Shown piece after piece: positions 16,209 to 30,447 of a stretch of 64,000 nt of DNA. Each line of letters opens with the position of its first letter. Position 1 is the first letter of the stretch. Both the position numbers and the translations under genes were made by a program. The DNA comes from the human T2T-CHM13v2.0 reference genome, Homo sapiens, in NCBI RefSeq assembly GCF_009914755.1, contig NC_060933.1; one strand, written 5' to 3'. The notes below the pieces were generated by a model that worked only from the letters and a program-made list of their open reading frames with translations, made no database searches and was not told where the DNA came from.

Positions 16209-16704
16209 AGCTGGGCTGAGTTCTTATCAGGAAGTGCTGAAGACGAATCCTCTTCCAAGCTCATTCATGTTGTCGGCAGAATTCAGCTCCTTGTAGCTGT
16301 TGGGTGGAGATCCCTGCTTCTTTGCTGTCTGACAGCCAAGAGCCATGTTTAGCCCTGGGGTCCATCCACATTCCCTACCATGCTGCCCCTCTGTCTTCAA
16401 ACACAGAATGTCCTACAAGTCAGCCCCAAACACTTTGTCTCTCTGACTTCTTGTCTCTGACCTCTAGACCCAGATTTAAAGGGCTCGTACAATTAGGTGA
16501 GGCTCCCCTGAATAATCTTCCCTTTGACTAACTCAGTGTTAGCCAACTCAGGGCAACCTGAGTTACATCTGCAAAATCCCTTTTGCTAGGTCACATCACA
16601 TAGCCACAGGAATAACAGCTCATCATGTCTGCAGGCCCCACAACAAAGGGAGAATTTACAAGAGTGTGGGTCATTACGGGTCATCTTAGAGTTCTACCTA
16701 CCAC
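16209..16704 (-). mobile_element. MaLR LTR (MLT1E/F-like), partial
   Basis: TTCCAAGCTCATTCATGTTGTCGGCAGAATTCAG...CATCTTAGAGTTCTACCTACCACA terminus. Confidence 0.7.
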
Positions 16705-18198
16705 ACTGGCTTTAGAAAAAAGCATATGGGAGCATGAGGAAACACTTCTCTCCCTCAAAGAACTGCTCCTCATGGGTTGAGGGGTCACCTTCCCAATGAT
16801 GTGTGACCTGAGACTGAGTCACTGGACAGATGTGTTTTGCTCTGTCACTCAGGCCATGTCTACTTTGTGAAGTAAAGCTGGTATGCCCAAAACCTAGGTC
16901 GAAGACCAGCTCCACCTACCTTATAAGGAGTGGCAATTCATTGGAATCTGATATCAGGTTATTTTTGACACCCAGTTTTCAATGTTATGGAGAGTTTTCA
17001 TGTTTTTCTTTCCATTTAATGAGAAGTTGGGATCAAGAATATTGAAGATTGCAAGCCAGGTGTCACATTAAAGTTGAAGCCTTTCTAATTTTTGAAGGTT
17101 GAGCACTTTGGTTATTCATGGTTTTATATGACGATCATCTTTTATCCATCGCTGCAGTTTTCTATTTTGACTTGAATTGGAGGCAGAGCTCCACCACCCC
17201 AGTGTGTCGTCTGATTTCCCAGACTAGAGTCCAGCCTTTCCTGTGCTTGCCTGGCTTCCCTCCATGTTGCTTCCTACCCCACCATCTATACCCTTCACAT
17301 CCAAAATCCAAAACCTCACACTCATACGAGAATCCCTGTTAGGGTCGGTTTATATTTACACACTAAAAATCTCTAATTTTGAATTTGTTGTGCCTATAAA
17401 GGAATACCAGGAATACCTTAAAGTTATAATTGTATTTATTAGCATCTATTTTAGGTCAGTCTTGGGGGAGTGATGGAAAGAATCCACATAGACTCCAGAG
17501 AGATGGGCAGGGGTTACTGCCCAGCCTTGAACATTCCTCTTTCCTCACAAGGATGGGCTCTCGCATAAGTAATTTCATGGGCCCCTAAGTTTTAAAGAAA
17601 AAATAAGTGTTTTCTCATTTTTAAAAAAGGCAGCTTTGCTGTTAAAATATGTCAATAAGAGTCCTGGATAATGTTTAAAAGTATTTATGGGCTCAGATGG
17701 GGTTAAGGTAGAGCTGACTGTTAGTCTGTTGAAGTATTTGTTTCCCAGCTCTTGAAAAGCCTGGGTTCTTAGATCCAACCTGAGAATCATAGATATGTGC
17801 ATATCACAGGGAGGGCAAAAAGGTTCACTGTCTGTTTATACACTTGCCAGTCATCCTTTTAATCTCTGCCAAATTGTCTGCTTAAACTCCTATGAGTTTT
17901 TTTATGCCATCTTTTTGAAATAGTAAATCACTTTATTAGGTTTTTAAAAGAACATTCATAATGTCATTTCCATGAGCCATTTTGTAAATTAATGCAATTT
18001 CCTTCCTGTTTAACCTGTTTGCAAGAAGCTATTTTACATTTCTGCTGTAATTCAGAAAAAAAAAGTGCAGTTAATTCATAATTGAATTTGCAGCCTGATA
18101 GGTAAAATGAATGCTTTTGACTCATTTCGATTATTATAGATACTAAAGCTGCATTTATTCTTGAGATTCATGAATGTGTGTGTTGCTTTCGTTCCTAG

Positions 18199-18343
18199 CC
18201 CTGGGATCCCGACACAGGCCAGACCTGGTCCCTAGCACTCCATCACTGTTTGAAGCTGCTTCCTTGGCAACCACAATTTCATCTTCTTCCTTATACGTCA
18301 ATGAGCACTATCCACACGACAGGCCTACACTCTATTCAAACAG
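18199..18343 (+). CDS. PIP5K1B: PIP5K1B internal coding exon (145 nt, phase 1 to 2)
   Basis: Acceptor gctttcgttcctag|CC, donor ACAG|gtaata; in frame (A)LGSRHRPDLVPSTPSLFEAASLATTISSSSLYVNEHYPHDRPTLYSN. Confidence 0.96.
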
Positions 18344-18731
18344 GTAATACTTAGTGCAGTCAAATAACCCATCAGGCTGTTACCACATCAACATCAGGCC
18401 TGAACCAGTATCTCTGAATGAGGACACGTCTCTAACAACCAGGATGTGCCTGTCATCTGCCTCATAGGTCGGAGAGAGAACATGCTTGATTTTTACTGTG
18501 GCAAAAGAACATTGGAGGGAAAACCCTCATGATTTTTCTTTACAGTTGATCATTATGTCATGTAGAAATTATATACTTGGCTCAATGGAAGAAGACAAAT
18601 CTTTCATCATTTTTATTTTAGTAAATTTTTTAGGAATGGGTTTCTTCAGAGTGAGCACTCTTAGTTAATATTACACAGGTAGCTGCAAAGATATTGTAAT
18701 ATTCTCTTTTGGTATGTGTGATCTTAGTGAC

Positions 18732-18972
18732 TATGGTAAACAGAATAATTGCTCCCCCAAAGCTATCCACATCCTAATTCCTGTAACCTGTGAATATGTT
18801 ACCTTATATGGCAAAAGGGACTTTACAAATGGGATTAAATTAAAGATCCTGAAATGGGATGATTATCCTGAATTATCCAGATAGGCCCAATATAATCACA
18901 GGGTTCTTGTAAGGGGAAGACAGAAGAAAGGTGAGAATCAGAGAAGGAGACACAACATCAGAAGCAGAAGGC
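18732..18972 (+). mobile_element. MaLR LTR 5' part (MLT1C/D-like), followed by an L1MA 3' scrap to ~19047
   Basis: CAGAATAATTGCTCCCCCAAAG...CCTGTGAATATGTTACCTTATATGGCAAAAGGGACTTT. Confidence 0.8.
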
Positions 18973-20016
18973 AGGATACTCCATTTGCCCTGATATGATT
19001 ATTATTCATTGCATGCCTGTAATCAAAATATCTCATGTAACCTATAAGATTTTTGGAAATTGTATGCTCTCTAGCAACTTTGTGTGAATTTTTATATAAG
19101 CACTGTTTTATAAGTTCTATGAAGTGTTATAAAAATAGAAACAAATTTTAAAAAATAAGTAAAATAACAATTATCTGTTAAATGTTAGACTAGTTCTTGT
19201 TGAAACCTAGCTCTCAATAATCAAGATCAGATTTATGCAGGTGAAGAATTCCTTACGCTTTAAGTCATTTTCCATCTCCAGGCTAGCAGTTCAGTTGATT
19301 TCCAGGAAGAGGAATCAATAAGGTAGATTTATTTTTAATATATGGATATCCATAGAGTCTAGCTTAGTCTTTTGGTAAGTTAAAGTTTGCTAGTCGGACC
19401 TGCTATAGGAATTCTTTTTTGTTGCTGTTTCCTCCTCCCTCAGCTAGATACAAGATTAGGTAGGCAGGAGGTTAGGCGGCCAGTCTAGGTCCAGAAAAGT
19501 AGATCAAGTGGGTAGCAAGGTGAGCCGCAAATCTTAGCTGGGCCTGAGTTTGCACTGTTCTGCTCTAAGGGCCAACAAATAAGGCTCTATTAAAAATTAT
19601 TTAACTCATCTAAACTATACAAAGTTATTTGATTTGGTCAGTTTCCTTGGATTGGAGAAATTTAAAATGACTTAAATTAATGTGTAATACTTAGTAGTAA
19701 TGTCAAATGTTTAAACCTGGTATGTAAATTAGTCAAGCAACGGCCTTTCCTGTCTGTTTGGTGCAGCTGAACACATGGGTCTATATAAAGTTCTTTTGCT
19801 CTCAAATATAAATAGCAGCTCAAAAGATAGCTGGAAGGTTGCAGGAAGTTCTTAGCAAGGTCAAAAACAATTCTCATGTGAAGCCATGGTGATTTCTTAC
19901 CGTTTGCTGTCATGATAATTATTGGGGCATATAATCGGATGTGCTCTTCAATCATTTCGTGAGATTTTCAGCCAACAATAAAAGGGTTTTGTTTTGTTTT
20001 GTGTTTTGGTAGCAGT

Positions 20017-20040
20017 GGTGGTGGTGGTGGTGGTGGTGGT
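20017..20040 (+). repeat. (GGT)8 microsatellite
   Basis: Direct reading. Confidence 0.9.
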
Positions 20041-22684
20041 AAGTATCCAGTCTCTTGACCAGGGGTGTTAGACTCTTGGGTATTCATAAGGTTTTCCCGG
20101 GGCCTGGCAGGGCCTCCTCCTGACTCCCAATCGTTCCTGGCCATCCTGGAAGCTACCTCTGCATGTTCCACCTCCGCATGCTCCCAGAGCTGTGCTGTCA
20201 TTCTTGATGCTTTTATTTACACCGATACTGACTAGCATATAGATTTGGAGGGGGAAAATAAAAAGTTATCTATGATATTTTTCCTTTCTTTTAAATATTT
20301 ATTTAAAACAAGTGCATTGTTTTAATCTTCTTTGGCACTGTATCTCCAAAATGCAATTTGATATCTTATATTTCACTATCAATCAAGGTTCACTTGCAAG
20401 AACAAGAAACCACTTAATCTTAACCAGAAAGGAATTTAATCTAGGGAATTGGGTGCCTACAAAGTCTGTGGAAAGGCAGTGGGCATGGGCTCCAGGCTGG
20501 CACCAGGAAATCCATCCTGGAACATGCCACCAAACTGAGCCACCAGCAGCACTGTAGCAGGACCCACAGTCAAGTTGGTGCCTGCCAATGAGATGCAACC
20601 CAGACAAACGCATTTCAGTGAGCCTAGAATGTTGTTTCAATGAGCCACCCTTTAAAAACCAAACAACTTCGCTAAAATACCCAGATTCTTTTGCAATATC
20701 AGTGTCTTCGTCACCATATAATTTTGGCTCTGTTTCCTCCTGGCATTTATCAGCTGGAGGGGAAAACCTGAGACCACCCCAGGTGACCACCCTCTTCCTC
20801 ATTCATCTGTGCTGTCACCTGCCTGCTCCTGTAGGTATGTCTGCTTTTAGCCTTGATGTGTACAAGAAGCTGACAGAAGGGCCTCGGGTCTTAATCACAG
20901 ACTTAGGGAAATCATAAGGAAAAGAGGCATGAAGGTGCTAAAAAAATCTTAAAGACAACAGTTTGAGAACTCCCAGGAGTCAATATCCCTATTTCCCTGA
21001 CCCACTGTGCCCAACCCTCATTATTCAACTGGCAAACTTCACCAACAAACCAAAACAAAAGAAAAAATTGTCATATTTTTGTTTCTATCATTTTTTCCTT
21101 TAGAGCCCACCTAGTCCTATGTGGCAATAAATAGACACTACTCTAAATCTCATCTGGCCAACTGAGTTTCAAAACCTAATCCAGAGAGCCTGGAAAGAAA
21201 ATGCATTGAAAAGAAAAAAAAAAGAAAGAAAAAGAAAATATGTTGAATATTGATGTTATAATTTACATGTGAGATTTTTCTCTTTATGAATCATTTTTCT
21301 GTTCAGGCAAAGTGGTCTGTTTTCCGATTTTGACATTATGTTATATGTATCTGTGCTAAAATAAGCTGCAAATACTTCAACTAGCAGTTGTCATTCTGTC
21401 AGTCTTTTTAGAATCCTTAAGTTGGCAAGGTATTGATTAGTGCCTGGATGCCTCCACACCTAAATTATATACTGCAGTGGGAAACTGCTGTCTCTTAGAA
21501 TTATTCCTTTTTTTAAAGGATTATTCTTTGTAACTTCAAAAACTCTGATAGCAACCCATTCTTTTTTTAATGTACTCCAAAAATTGGCTAGGAAGGAAAG
21601 AAAAAAAAATAGTATCATCTTAAAAGTATGTATCTAACCTACTGATTGGGAGTACATATTTTCACAAGTTGCACTGTGCAGTCTTGTGTTAGAGCATGCA
21701 GATCATAGGAATAAAGAGAAACTGTCATGGGCATTGCTTCCTAGTTAACTAGCAACATTTAAGTTCTGAATTTTTGATACTTGCATTTTTATTTACTAGT
21801 AAGAAGTCTGTTCTTTTAAAAAGAGGTATAAATTGAGCACTAAGAAATATAGAGGCAAATGTGTTTTACCTCAAAGTTAAGAACAATTTCATTTAATGTT
21901 GTAGAAATAGGTTACACTTATGAATATTTTCATGATTTCCTGCGTAGTTGGTAGCAAAGCCAAAGCTCTGGTTATGCATAAGGAATTGAAAGTCACACTT
22001 CATTCCAGTGCACCTATGCTTTCCCCATCAAAGATGTCTTACCAGTGTCACCACTCTATCCAGTCTCAGGTTTGGTTGGTGGCTATTTCTAACAGTTGGG
22101 CTCACCCTGCAGACATTTGCAGTATTGTGAGAAGGGCAAAAATGTCAGAGAAAAAGCCACTGGTCATTTACACGTAGAGGGAAAATTGGCAAAGGCTCCC
22201 TAAATGATGAGTCCAACATTCTAGATCTCAGAGGCTAATCCATCAGATCTAACAGTCTTGTGCCCTCTTCTTCCTGCCATTACAGTGTCATAAACCTAGA
22301 ACAGGGGTGGAAACACTCTAACCAGAAGCCCTTCCCCACAAATTGCTTACCACTAAGGTTTACAGACATGCAAGTAGAGCCATCCCAGTGGTTAGAGATC
22401 TTTCTTTAGATTTGTCTAAAATATCAGAAAATGGAAATGCAGAAACCTTACATGGTATATCCGAGCGTGTTAGTAGGACTTCAGTTGAACACAGGTCTCT
22501 AGGGTCTAAGCCTCTTGTCTTTTCCACTGTACCACTCCTGCATCATAGCCTCCAAAAACATACAAGGTTGGTTGGTTGGTTTTTTTCCTAACATGAGTTC
22601 TGGTCCTGTGTTTGAGACCTTTTTTTTTTTTTTGCTGCTTAATAACTAAAATATTTCTAGCAGGCAAAGTTGTGGGCTTATGTT

Positions 22685-22998
<314 letters not shown>

Positions 22999-23139
22999 AA
23001 TGGGCTTACGTTAATGTCTACCTATAGTATTTGTTCTACCAGCTATTGGTGAATTTTGCTTATTAAAAACAGCATTGCAAAGGCAACTTTTCTATCATAA
23101 TATTAGTCCTACTTCAAACCACCAATAATAATCGAATAC

Positions 23140-23340
23140 AATAGCAGCTAATTATTGGACCTTATTAAGGGCCATGTTAAGCCCTTTATACATATCAAGT
23201 GATTTAATTCTCACAGCAATTCTGTAAAGTTATTATATTTACGGTCTCCATCTTACACATGAGGAAATTGATGCTTAGCAACATGAGGTAACTTTCTCAA
23301 GACCACATGGCTAAAAAGTGGAGGCATGACTTCCAGCTAC
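23140..23340 (-). mobile_element. MIR
   Basis: TTTAATTCTCACAGCAA...CCATCTTACACATGAGGAAATTGA core. Confidence 0.7.
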
Positions 23341-23859
23341 AGCACTGATATAGAATATACAGTTTCAGATGATAAGTTTTAGATGATGCTTTTAATGGAA
23401 ATTTGGTGACATCCATACAAGTTCTCGTCTTCATCTTTTTGCCTTTTCTTTTTCCATGGGATTTTGAGTGAGGATTTTCATCTTCAAAGATGTTAGAGAC
23501 AGAATGTTCAAACACTTTAAAAATTTAACATTAATTTAAATTTATAAGAAACCTAAAATAGCTATTTCCTCAAGTTGTTATTTCCAACTCTCCAGGTGGA
23601 CTCCAAATCACTACGTAATCATCGAGAAAAGACTTTTATTAGATATGTTCCTGCTGGGTTTAGAAAATCCTATATCTTCTGTTGATACAGCAAGGTCAGC
23701 AGGAATCTTTAATATTTACAAAATGAAAGGAGAACAGCTAGTTGCAAAAACTTCCTAGTGATTCCATTCCCCTAACCCTAATCTCAAGGGAAAGACAGCA
23801 CAACTGTGTTACCTGCTGTGAACTTTGCAGCTACCTGCCATACCTAGACACCAGTCTAG

Positions 23860-24246
<387 letters not shown>

Positions 24247-24369
24247 TGTTCTTTTATGTTTCTTAATCTGCTGACTCCTGCCTTGCAAACAGACCTTCCT
24301 ACCCCCACCACCTCAGATGGTGGTGGGTAAAGATGCTCATGCGTCTTGCTAAATCATCCCTTAGGACAT

Positions 24370-24560
24370 TAGCTCTCAAACTGCCACTTCTAGTGATCTA
24401 ACATTGGGCAAGTTACTTGCTCGTCATGTGCCTCAGTTTCCTCATTTGTAAAGTGTGAATTACTATACTACTGCCCCCAGAGTTGTTATAAAGATTAAAT
24501 GAAATAACAATTAGAAAGCATTTATACCTTGTGGCACATAGTAAGCCCCATAAAACATTT
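24370..24560 (+). mobile_element. MIR
   Basis: TTGGGCAAGTTACTT...GTGCCTCAGTTTCCTCATTTGTAAAG core. Confidence 0.8.
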
Positions 24561-24669
24561 GTTGAAATAAAATAACCAAGTGATTTGAGACACTAATACC
24601 TTGCAGCTGCCGCATAAGTCTCACTGTAAAGGGCATGATGTTTTTGACAAAAAGCCATCATGGAGTGCT

Positions 24670-25110
24670 TTGTTAGAGTCCTTTCAGGAAATGGAAAACA
24701 CACTTGGAATTTCAAAGGGAATTGGTTACAGAATGTGGGGAGGCTGGAAGACTGAAGGGGGAAATTCCAGAAACTCAGGTAAATAACTGCAGGAGGCAGC
24801 TCCCACCATGAGCTCTGCCACGATACCTGCTGCCGCCTTGGAGAAGGGACAGTGGCGGAGGATGCTACCTGAAGAGCTGGGATAGTGCAAGAACATAGCC
24901 ACCTCCAGAGACACTGCCCTGAAATGGAAGAAAGATAAATGAGAGCAGAAAGCCAGCAGCTTCTGTCCTCCTGCCACCTTCTCATCCAACTCCTGCAATG
25001 CCTTGACTGACAGGACCTAGTCAAGAGGCCTATGGGATATCGTTTGCAACTCTGGGCCCCAGCATTGCAAAGTAGAGTTGAGATAGGATAAAAACAACCA
25101 CAACACATGG
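24670..25110 (-). mobile_element. Old ERVL-type LTR, subfamily uncertain
   Basis: TGTTAG start; GGGAATTGGTTACAGA and CCTCCTGC motifs typical of antisense ERVL/MaLR LTRs. Confidence 0.4.
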
Positions 25111-25902
25111 AGCAAAAGCTAGATAGACACAGGATCTTTTTTAAAAGAGAGAGAGAGGAAAGGGTCAAAGCTTTACAAAGGTAGTGTGAGTGCAAGAACA
25201 GGAATCAATTTAGGCTTTTATAGAAGTAATCATGGAACCAATTTATTCTCATGCCATTGTAATAGTACTATGTAAAGTAGCCATAAATTTTTTAATGATC
25301 TGTGCAATTAGAGACTCCAGTATTTACCAATAAGTCTGTCTGACAATCAGTAATGCATTCCCTGGTACTGTGCTGGTTGTAAATACTCATAGAAATGTCT
25401 TAGCTAATTCTAGACACATGGGATAGATCTTTAGTTTGAGAATTCCTCAAAGAGGCTTGTAAGCTTGAGGAACCCAAGTGAGTCTCCCTCTGATAAGGCA
25501 GGTGACACAGTTTGGGAGCAGATAGCCATCACCCATGCCCTTACAAAACACTTCTGCTTTATTACCAATACATCATTTGTGAACCCACCACCCCTGCAAC
25601 ATCTTATCTGAATCTTTCTTAGTCTGGAGCAAACACAGAATGAGGGGAAAATGTGGTCACATTCTTTCATTCTTAGTAAAGAAAGGATTTAGTCACCTTT
25701 TCCCAAGTGTCAAGAAATGAAGTCATCAAGCAAATGATACCACATGTTTAGAGAAGCAAAAACCTTCCTTATTCTTCAGTCTCTTGAAAGAAGGATATTC
25801 CATTTTAAAAATCAAAACCATTATAGCATTACCAGTGAACCTGAGTGGTGTCACATCTCTCTCCAGTTGTGGCTGAGGCACATGCTGAAAAAGTTGGAAC
25901 CT

Positions 25903-26227
<325 letters not shown>

Positions 26228-27212
26228 TTATAATATGCCTGTTAGTTTAGTTTTTCCTCCCCACCCCCAGAAAAAAAAAAAAATAGAAGAAAAAACATGG
26301 ATTTACATCACATTAGTCTGCACCTGGATTTTGCCAGATGTCTTTTTTCCTTTTTGACAAATTATAGAATTACTTCTGAAGTGATTAGCTTTTCAAATGA
26401 TCCCTCATATATTTCTGCCAGGGCAGGAAATTGAAGTGAATTTTTCAGATATCTGACATTATATGAAGAATAATTTAGGATTCAGCATTAATTCAAAGAA
26501 CATTCACATTTTTTGAGGAATTCATGTGAGATAATATTTCTGGGTACTTTTTGTGTGTTACTAAGATTTTTAAATCGATTTAGTTTATTGATAAATCATA
26601 TTGCCAAAAAAAGTGGGAAAACTGTTGGCCAATTTTTGAATATTTTAACTGACAAAAAAAAAAAAGACTTCTTTATCCATTCTTTGCCTCTTAATTCTGG
26701 AACTAAAACACTACATCTTTATTTCCCTTGACTTAAAACACTAGTGCTATGTCTCTGGAAGAATGGTTTGCTGGTAGTGGATGTACCTTTGTAGACACTC
26801 TTCAATTCTCTGCCCTCCTTCGTGGAGCCTCTAGAGAAATGCTTCTCAGTGTGACTAGCTCCTACATCAGGGTACCTACCTCTAGAAATGGAGCCCTGAA
26901 GTCTGCATTTTGGCAAGCTCCTTAAGAAATTCTTACCCACACTAGGATATAAAAGTTCTTTGGAAATAAACTCTTCTCCCCTCTCTGTTCTTTCTGAGTA
27001 GTGAAACAGCACCTGTCTGTGGTTCAGCTGAGACACAGCTGGACTCTCTGAAGAAATTAAGAGGGCATAACATGTAATGCCAGAAATATAAAACCATAGC
27101 AAAGTGGATATGTTTTCAGATTCTAGTAAGGAGAACAGGACCTCAGTTCCTTTCTCATACTTCAGACATGCCTGGACAGGCCCTAAGCAAAAGTGACTTT
27201 TTGCCTTAAAGG

Positions 27213-27616
27213 TGTTAAAAGAAAAAGTTCAGCTGAATTAAATTGAAAGGAGTTTACTTGAGCAGTGAACAATATGTGAATCGGGCAGCCCCCAGAATCA
27301 TATAGCAGATTCAGAGAGACTCCAGCGCCGACACGTGGTGGAAGAAGATTTATGGACGGCAAAAGGAAAGTGGCGTGCAGAAAACCGAAGTGAGGCACAG
27401 AAACTACTGGCTTGGTCAGAGCTCGGCGTTTGCCTTATTTGAACACGGTCCGAACAGTTGGCTACATCTGACTGGCCAAGACTCAGTGGTTGGCACAAAT
27501 GTAAACTATGGTTGGTTTACACTTCCGCTTGTTGTATAGTTATCGATGTACAGAAAAACCTTTAGGCCAAACTTAAATATGTAAGGAGGCAGCTTTAGGC
27601 TAAACTTCATTTAACA
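27213..27616 (-). mobile_element. ERV1 solo LTR (MER57-like)
   Basis: TGTTAA...TTAACA termini, 4-bp TSD AAGG; GAATCGGGCAGCCCCCAGAATC and TATGTAAGGAGGCAGCTTTAGGC motifs. Confidence 0.8.
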
Positions 27617-30344
27617 AAGGTATTTTAGGTTAGCAACACCTCTGGGAAATGCTTCAGCCAGCCCCAAACCTGCTTCCCAGTGTGGTTCCTCTGACCTGAA
27701 GCCAACATACATTTCTGCCCAGCAGCTATTCGTGACCTCCCTGAGTCTACAGAGATCCTTGGTTCTGTAGTCAAGCAGGGTAATTCTCTTTCAGATTCCT
27801 TGGCCTCCACTGACTCCCCCTCTTTGCTTAAAGGTCAGTTTGGTCCTTCTGAGCCTTGAGAGTCCCCCTCTCCACCCTGACCATTTCACTCTGCTGTTTG
27901 CTTTGTCCACGTGACAGTTGCACTCTTGGGTGAAGCTGGCCTTATGCAAATTTCGTCTCACCCTAGAGAGCCCCTGGCCAGCAGCCTCACACAGGGCAGC
28001 ACCCTTCCCAGGAGCTTGTCCATACCCATTCAGCTGCCTTCCCTGCCATGGCCTCTCTTCGAGACGTTTCCCTTTGGCCCAACCACTGTATTTCCATTTG
28101 CCTTCTGAGCCTAGCTCTTGTGTTGTGTACAAAGTAGTGTTCCCTGTGTGGGCCTGGGATCTGTAACAGGTGAACTTCCAGGTTCATGTTACCAGTTCTG
28201 GCCATGTCTCCTCCACCCAGAGGTCCTCTAGCTGGGGGGTCTGCAAGAATCCCAAGATTCATTTTTGTTTCTCTGATATGCTTCAAACATACAGGAAGAG
28301 TAACAAACAATTTCTTCCAAGGCAAGTAGAAAGTTGGTCCCGACATCCTCTGTTTAATCCTTCTGTTACCTGTGGAGTCATCACCACAGTAGTGAGCCTT
28401 ATCTCCTGTAATTTAAATGACTTGTTGATTTGGGAGGGAAGGAATTTCACTGGGGAAGTCCACTAACATAAACCTGCTGCTGAGGACTCATTCACTTCAC
28501 AGCACCAAGCTGGCCCAGCCTCCCCACAGACAGACCAAACGCCTCTACCACAACCTGCCTTTGCATTTAGTTCATGATAGTTATGGGTGCAGGAGAATTA
28601 GGTAAGTGTAAGGAGGGAACTAGGAGACAATGTTAAACTCTCCATTCAGAATAATATTAATCTAAAATGGAATCATTTAATAACCTGTTTTCAAGGATAA
28701 AGTAATAAAGGTGACATGTGTAATGAAGTAATGGAGCTCATTATTTTTCCAGCCAGCCCTATTAAAAATTAGTGTGTGGAAGGTCACAAATAACTTAAAA
28801 ATGACCAGATTTGTTTTCAAAATGAAGGATTTGGCTATAATGCAAATTTCATCCTGAAGGCTACATGGGGAAAAAAATAATGGTAGAGTTTCTCTGTCTT
28901 TTCTTTCATTGCTTCTCATCACACTGGAAGAATGGTTCGGACTAAGCACTTTGTCTGGGAGAAGATTTTTTGTCTTTTATTTATGTATGAGTGCATTTCA
29001 GTTGGTGTCCTCCTAATTCCAACCACCCTCACCTGCTGCTTTCTGTGTGGTCACTGAGTTGTGACAGGAGAGAGGCCAGGTATTCGAAGGCCAGGTCAAA
29101 GCTCATTTAGGGAACCGGTCGAGCCTTCGCCTTTTCCCTGTTCACCCTCCTGCCTTTCCAACCTAAGTGGTAAAACTCATCCTGAAAGAATCACGGAGCT
29201 TTGGAGATGAGAGGGAACTTTGGCCATCATGTCATCCAGCCCTTTTATTTATTAAAAAAGGTATTGATTGATTTTAAAATTTATAAATTATTTTTGTAAC
29301 AAAACTCTATGCCCAGAGTTTAACAAATAGTCGTGTAACATGTGTTAAGAAAAAGAGCAAGCCGTAGTCCACCTCCCCCTACGTCTTCATGTGCAATCAC
29401 CTTCAACTCTTTGAGCTGATTCCTTTGGCAATTACTTTGGTTTTTCTAAATAACATGCTTATATTGTTATTGCTTGATCTATTGGGTGTAGGCATTAGCT
29501 AATAACTGCCCACTATAGAAGACGAAGATTTAGCTGTCTTTTCTCCACCCGACACATACCACGTATGTGTACTGTTCCCACCCCCTCCTCCTACACCCTT
29601 CCAGTTTCCCTGTATAGTTACATCTTGACTGTAGTCCGATCGATATTGAGTGTTTTATTATGGCTTTGTGAATAGTGTCATATACTATGTTTCAGTTTCC
29701 TTTCCTGTGTGACTTTTTGTTTTTATTGTAATAAATGACTGCCTTGTTCTTCGGTTTGCTTAGTTTTCTGTGTATTTTTCCTTAATAGAACCCTAAGCTT
29801 TCCACCAGTGTCTTCATTTCTTCTCAAACCATTTAAGTGCATGAGGTTCTGTTCCTTTTATTGTCTTGCAGAAGTTTCCGCCAGACACTTCTGACCAGCC
29901 TGGACTGAACTGGTTGCCCTCTAGGACCTGATGTACAAATGTTACTTTGGGGCCTCTCTGCTCCATCATTCTGGGGATTCTAGTAACCTCTTGTCTGTAT
30001 CAGTTCCGTTGTTTGTCATCTCCTACATCTTCCTCTTTGCTTCTTCCTCTTTCTTGGTTTACTCCCTCATTTTGGTGGAACACATTTTCCAGAAGAAAAT
30101 CCTCCAGTATGAAAAATATTCATTGCAGGCAAAATATTTGAGATCTTGCATGTCTTAAGTCTTTATTCTAACCCTAACACTTGATTGATAGATTAACTAG
30201 TATAGAATTCTAGATTGCAAATATTTTGGATTTTTTTTTTCAACATGGTGAAGGCTTGGCTCCATTGTCTTCTAGTTTCCAATTACCATTGAGAAATCCA
30301 GTGCTGTTCTGATTTCTGATCTTCTGTAAATGGCTTGCTTTCTT

Positions 30345-30447
30345 TGCCTGCCTGTCTGCCTGTCTGCCTGCCTGCCTGCCTGCCTTCCTTCCTTCCTTCC
30401 TTTCTTCCTTCCTTTCTTTCTTTCTTCCTATTATTATTATTATTATT
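30345..30447 (+). repeat. Compound microsatellite (TGCC)n(TTCC)n(TTTC)n(TAT)n
   Basis: Direct reading. Confidence 0.9.

Noticed and set aside
17430-17575. Segment with minus-strand AATAAA and a TGGGCAG/CTGCCCA hairpin, possible retrocopy or ncRNA
   Set aside because: No poly(A), TSD or recognisable family; cannot be supported without a search
18881-18936. MLT1-derived AAG|GTGAGA donor as a cryptic exon
   Set aside because: Upstream acceptors lack a pyrimidine tract
24593-25195. 200-aa minus-strand ORF
   Set aside because: Overlaps a degenerate LTR, non-ATG start, no recognisable domain
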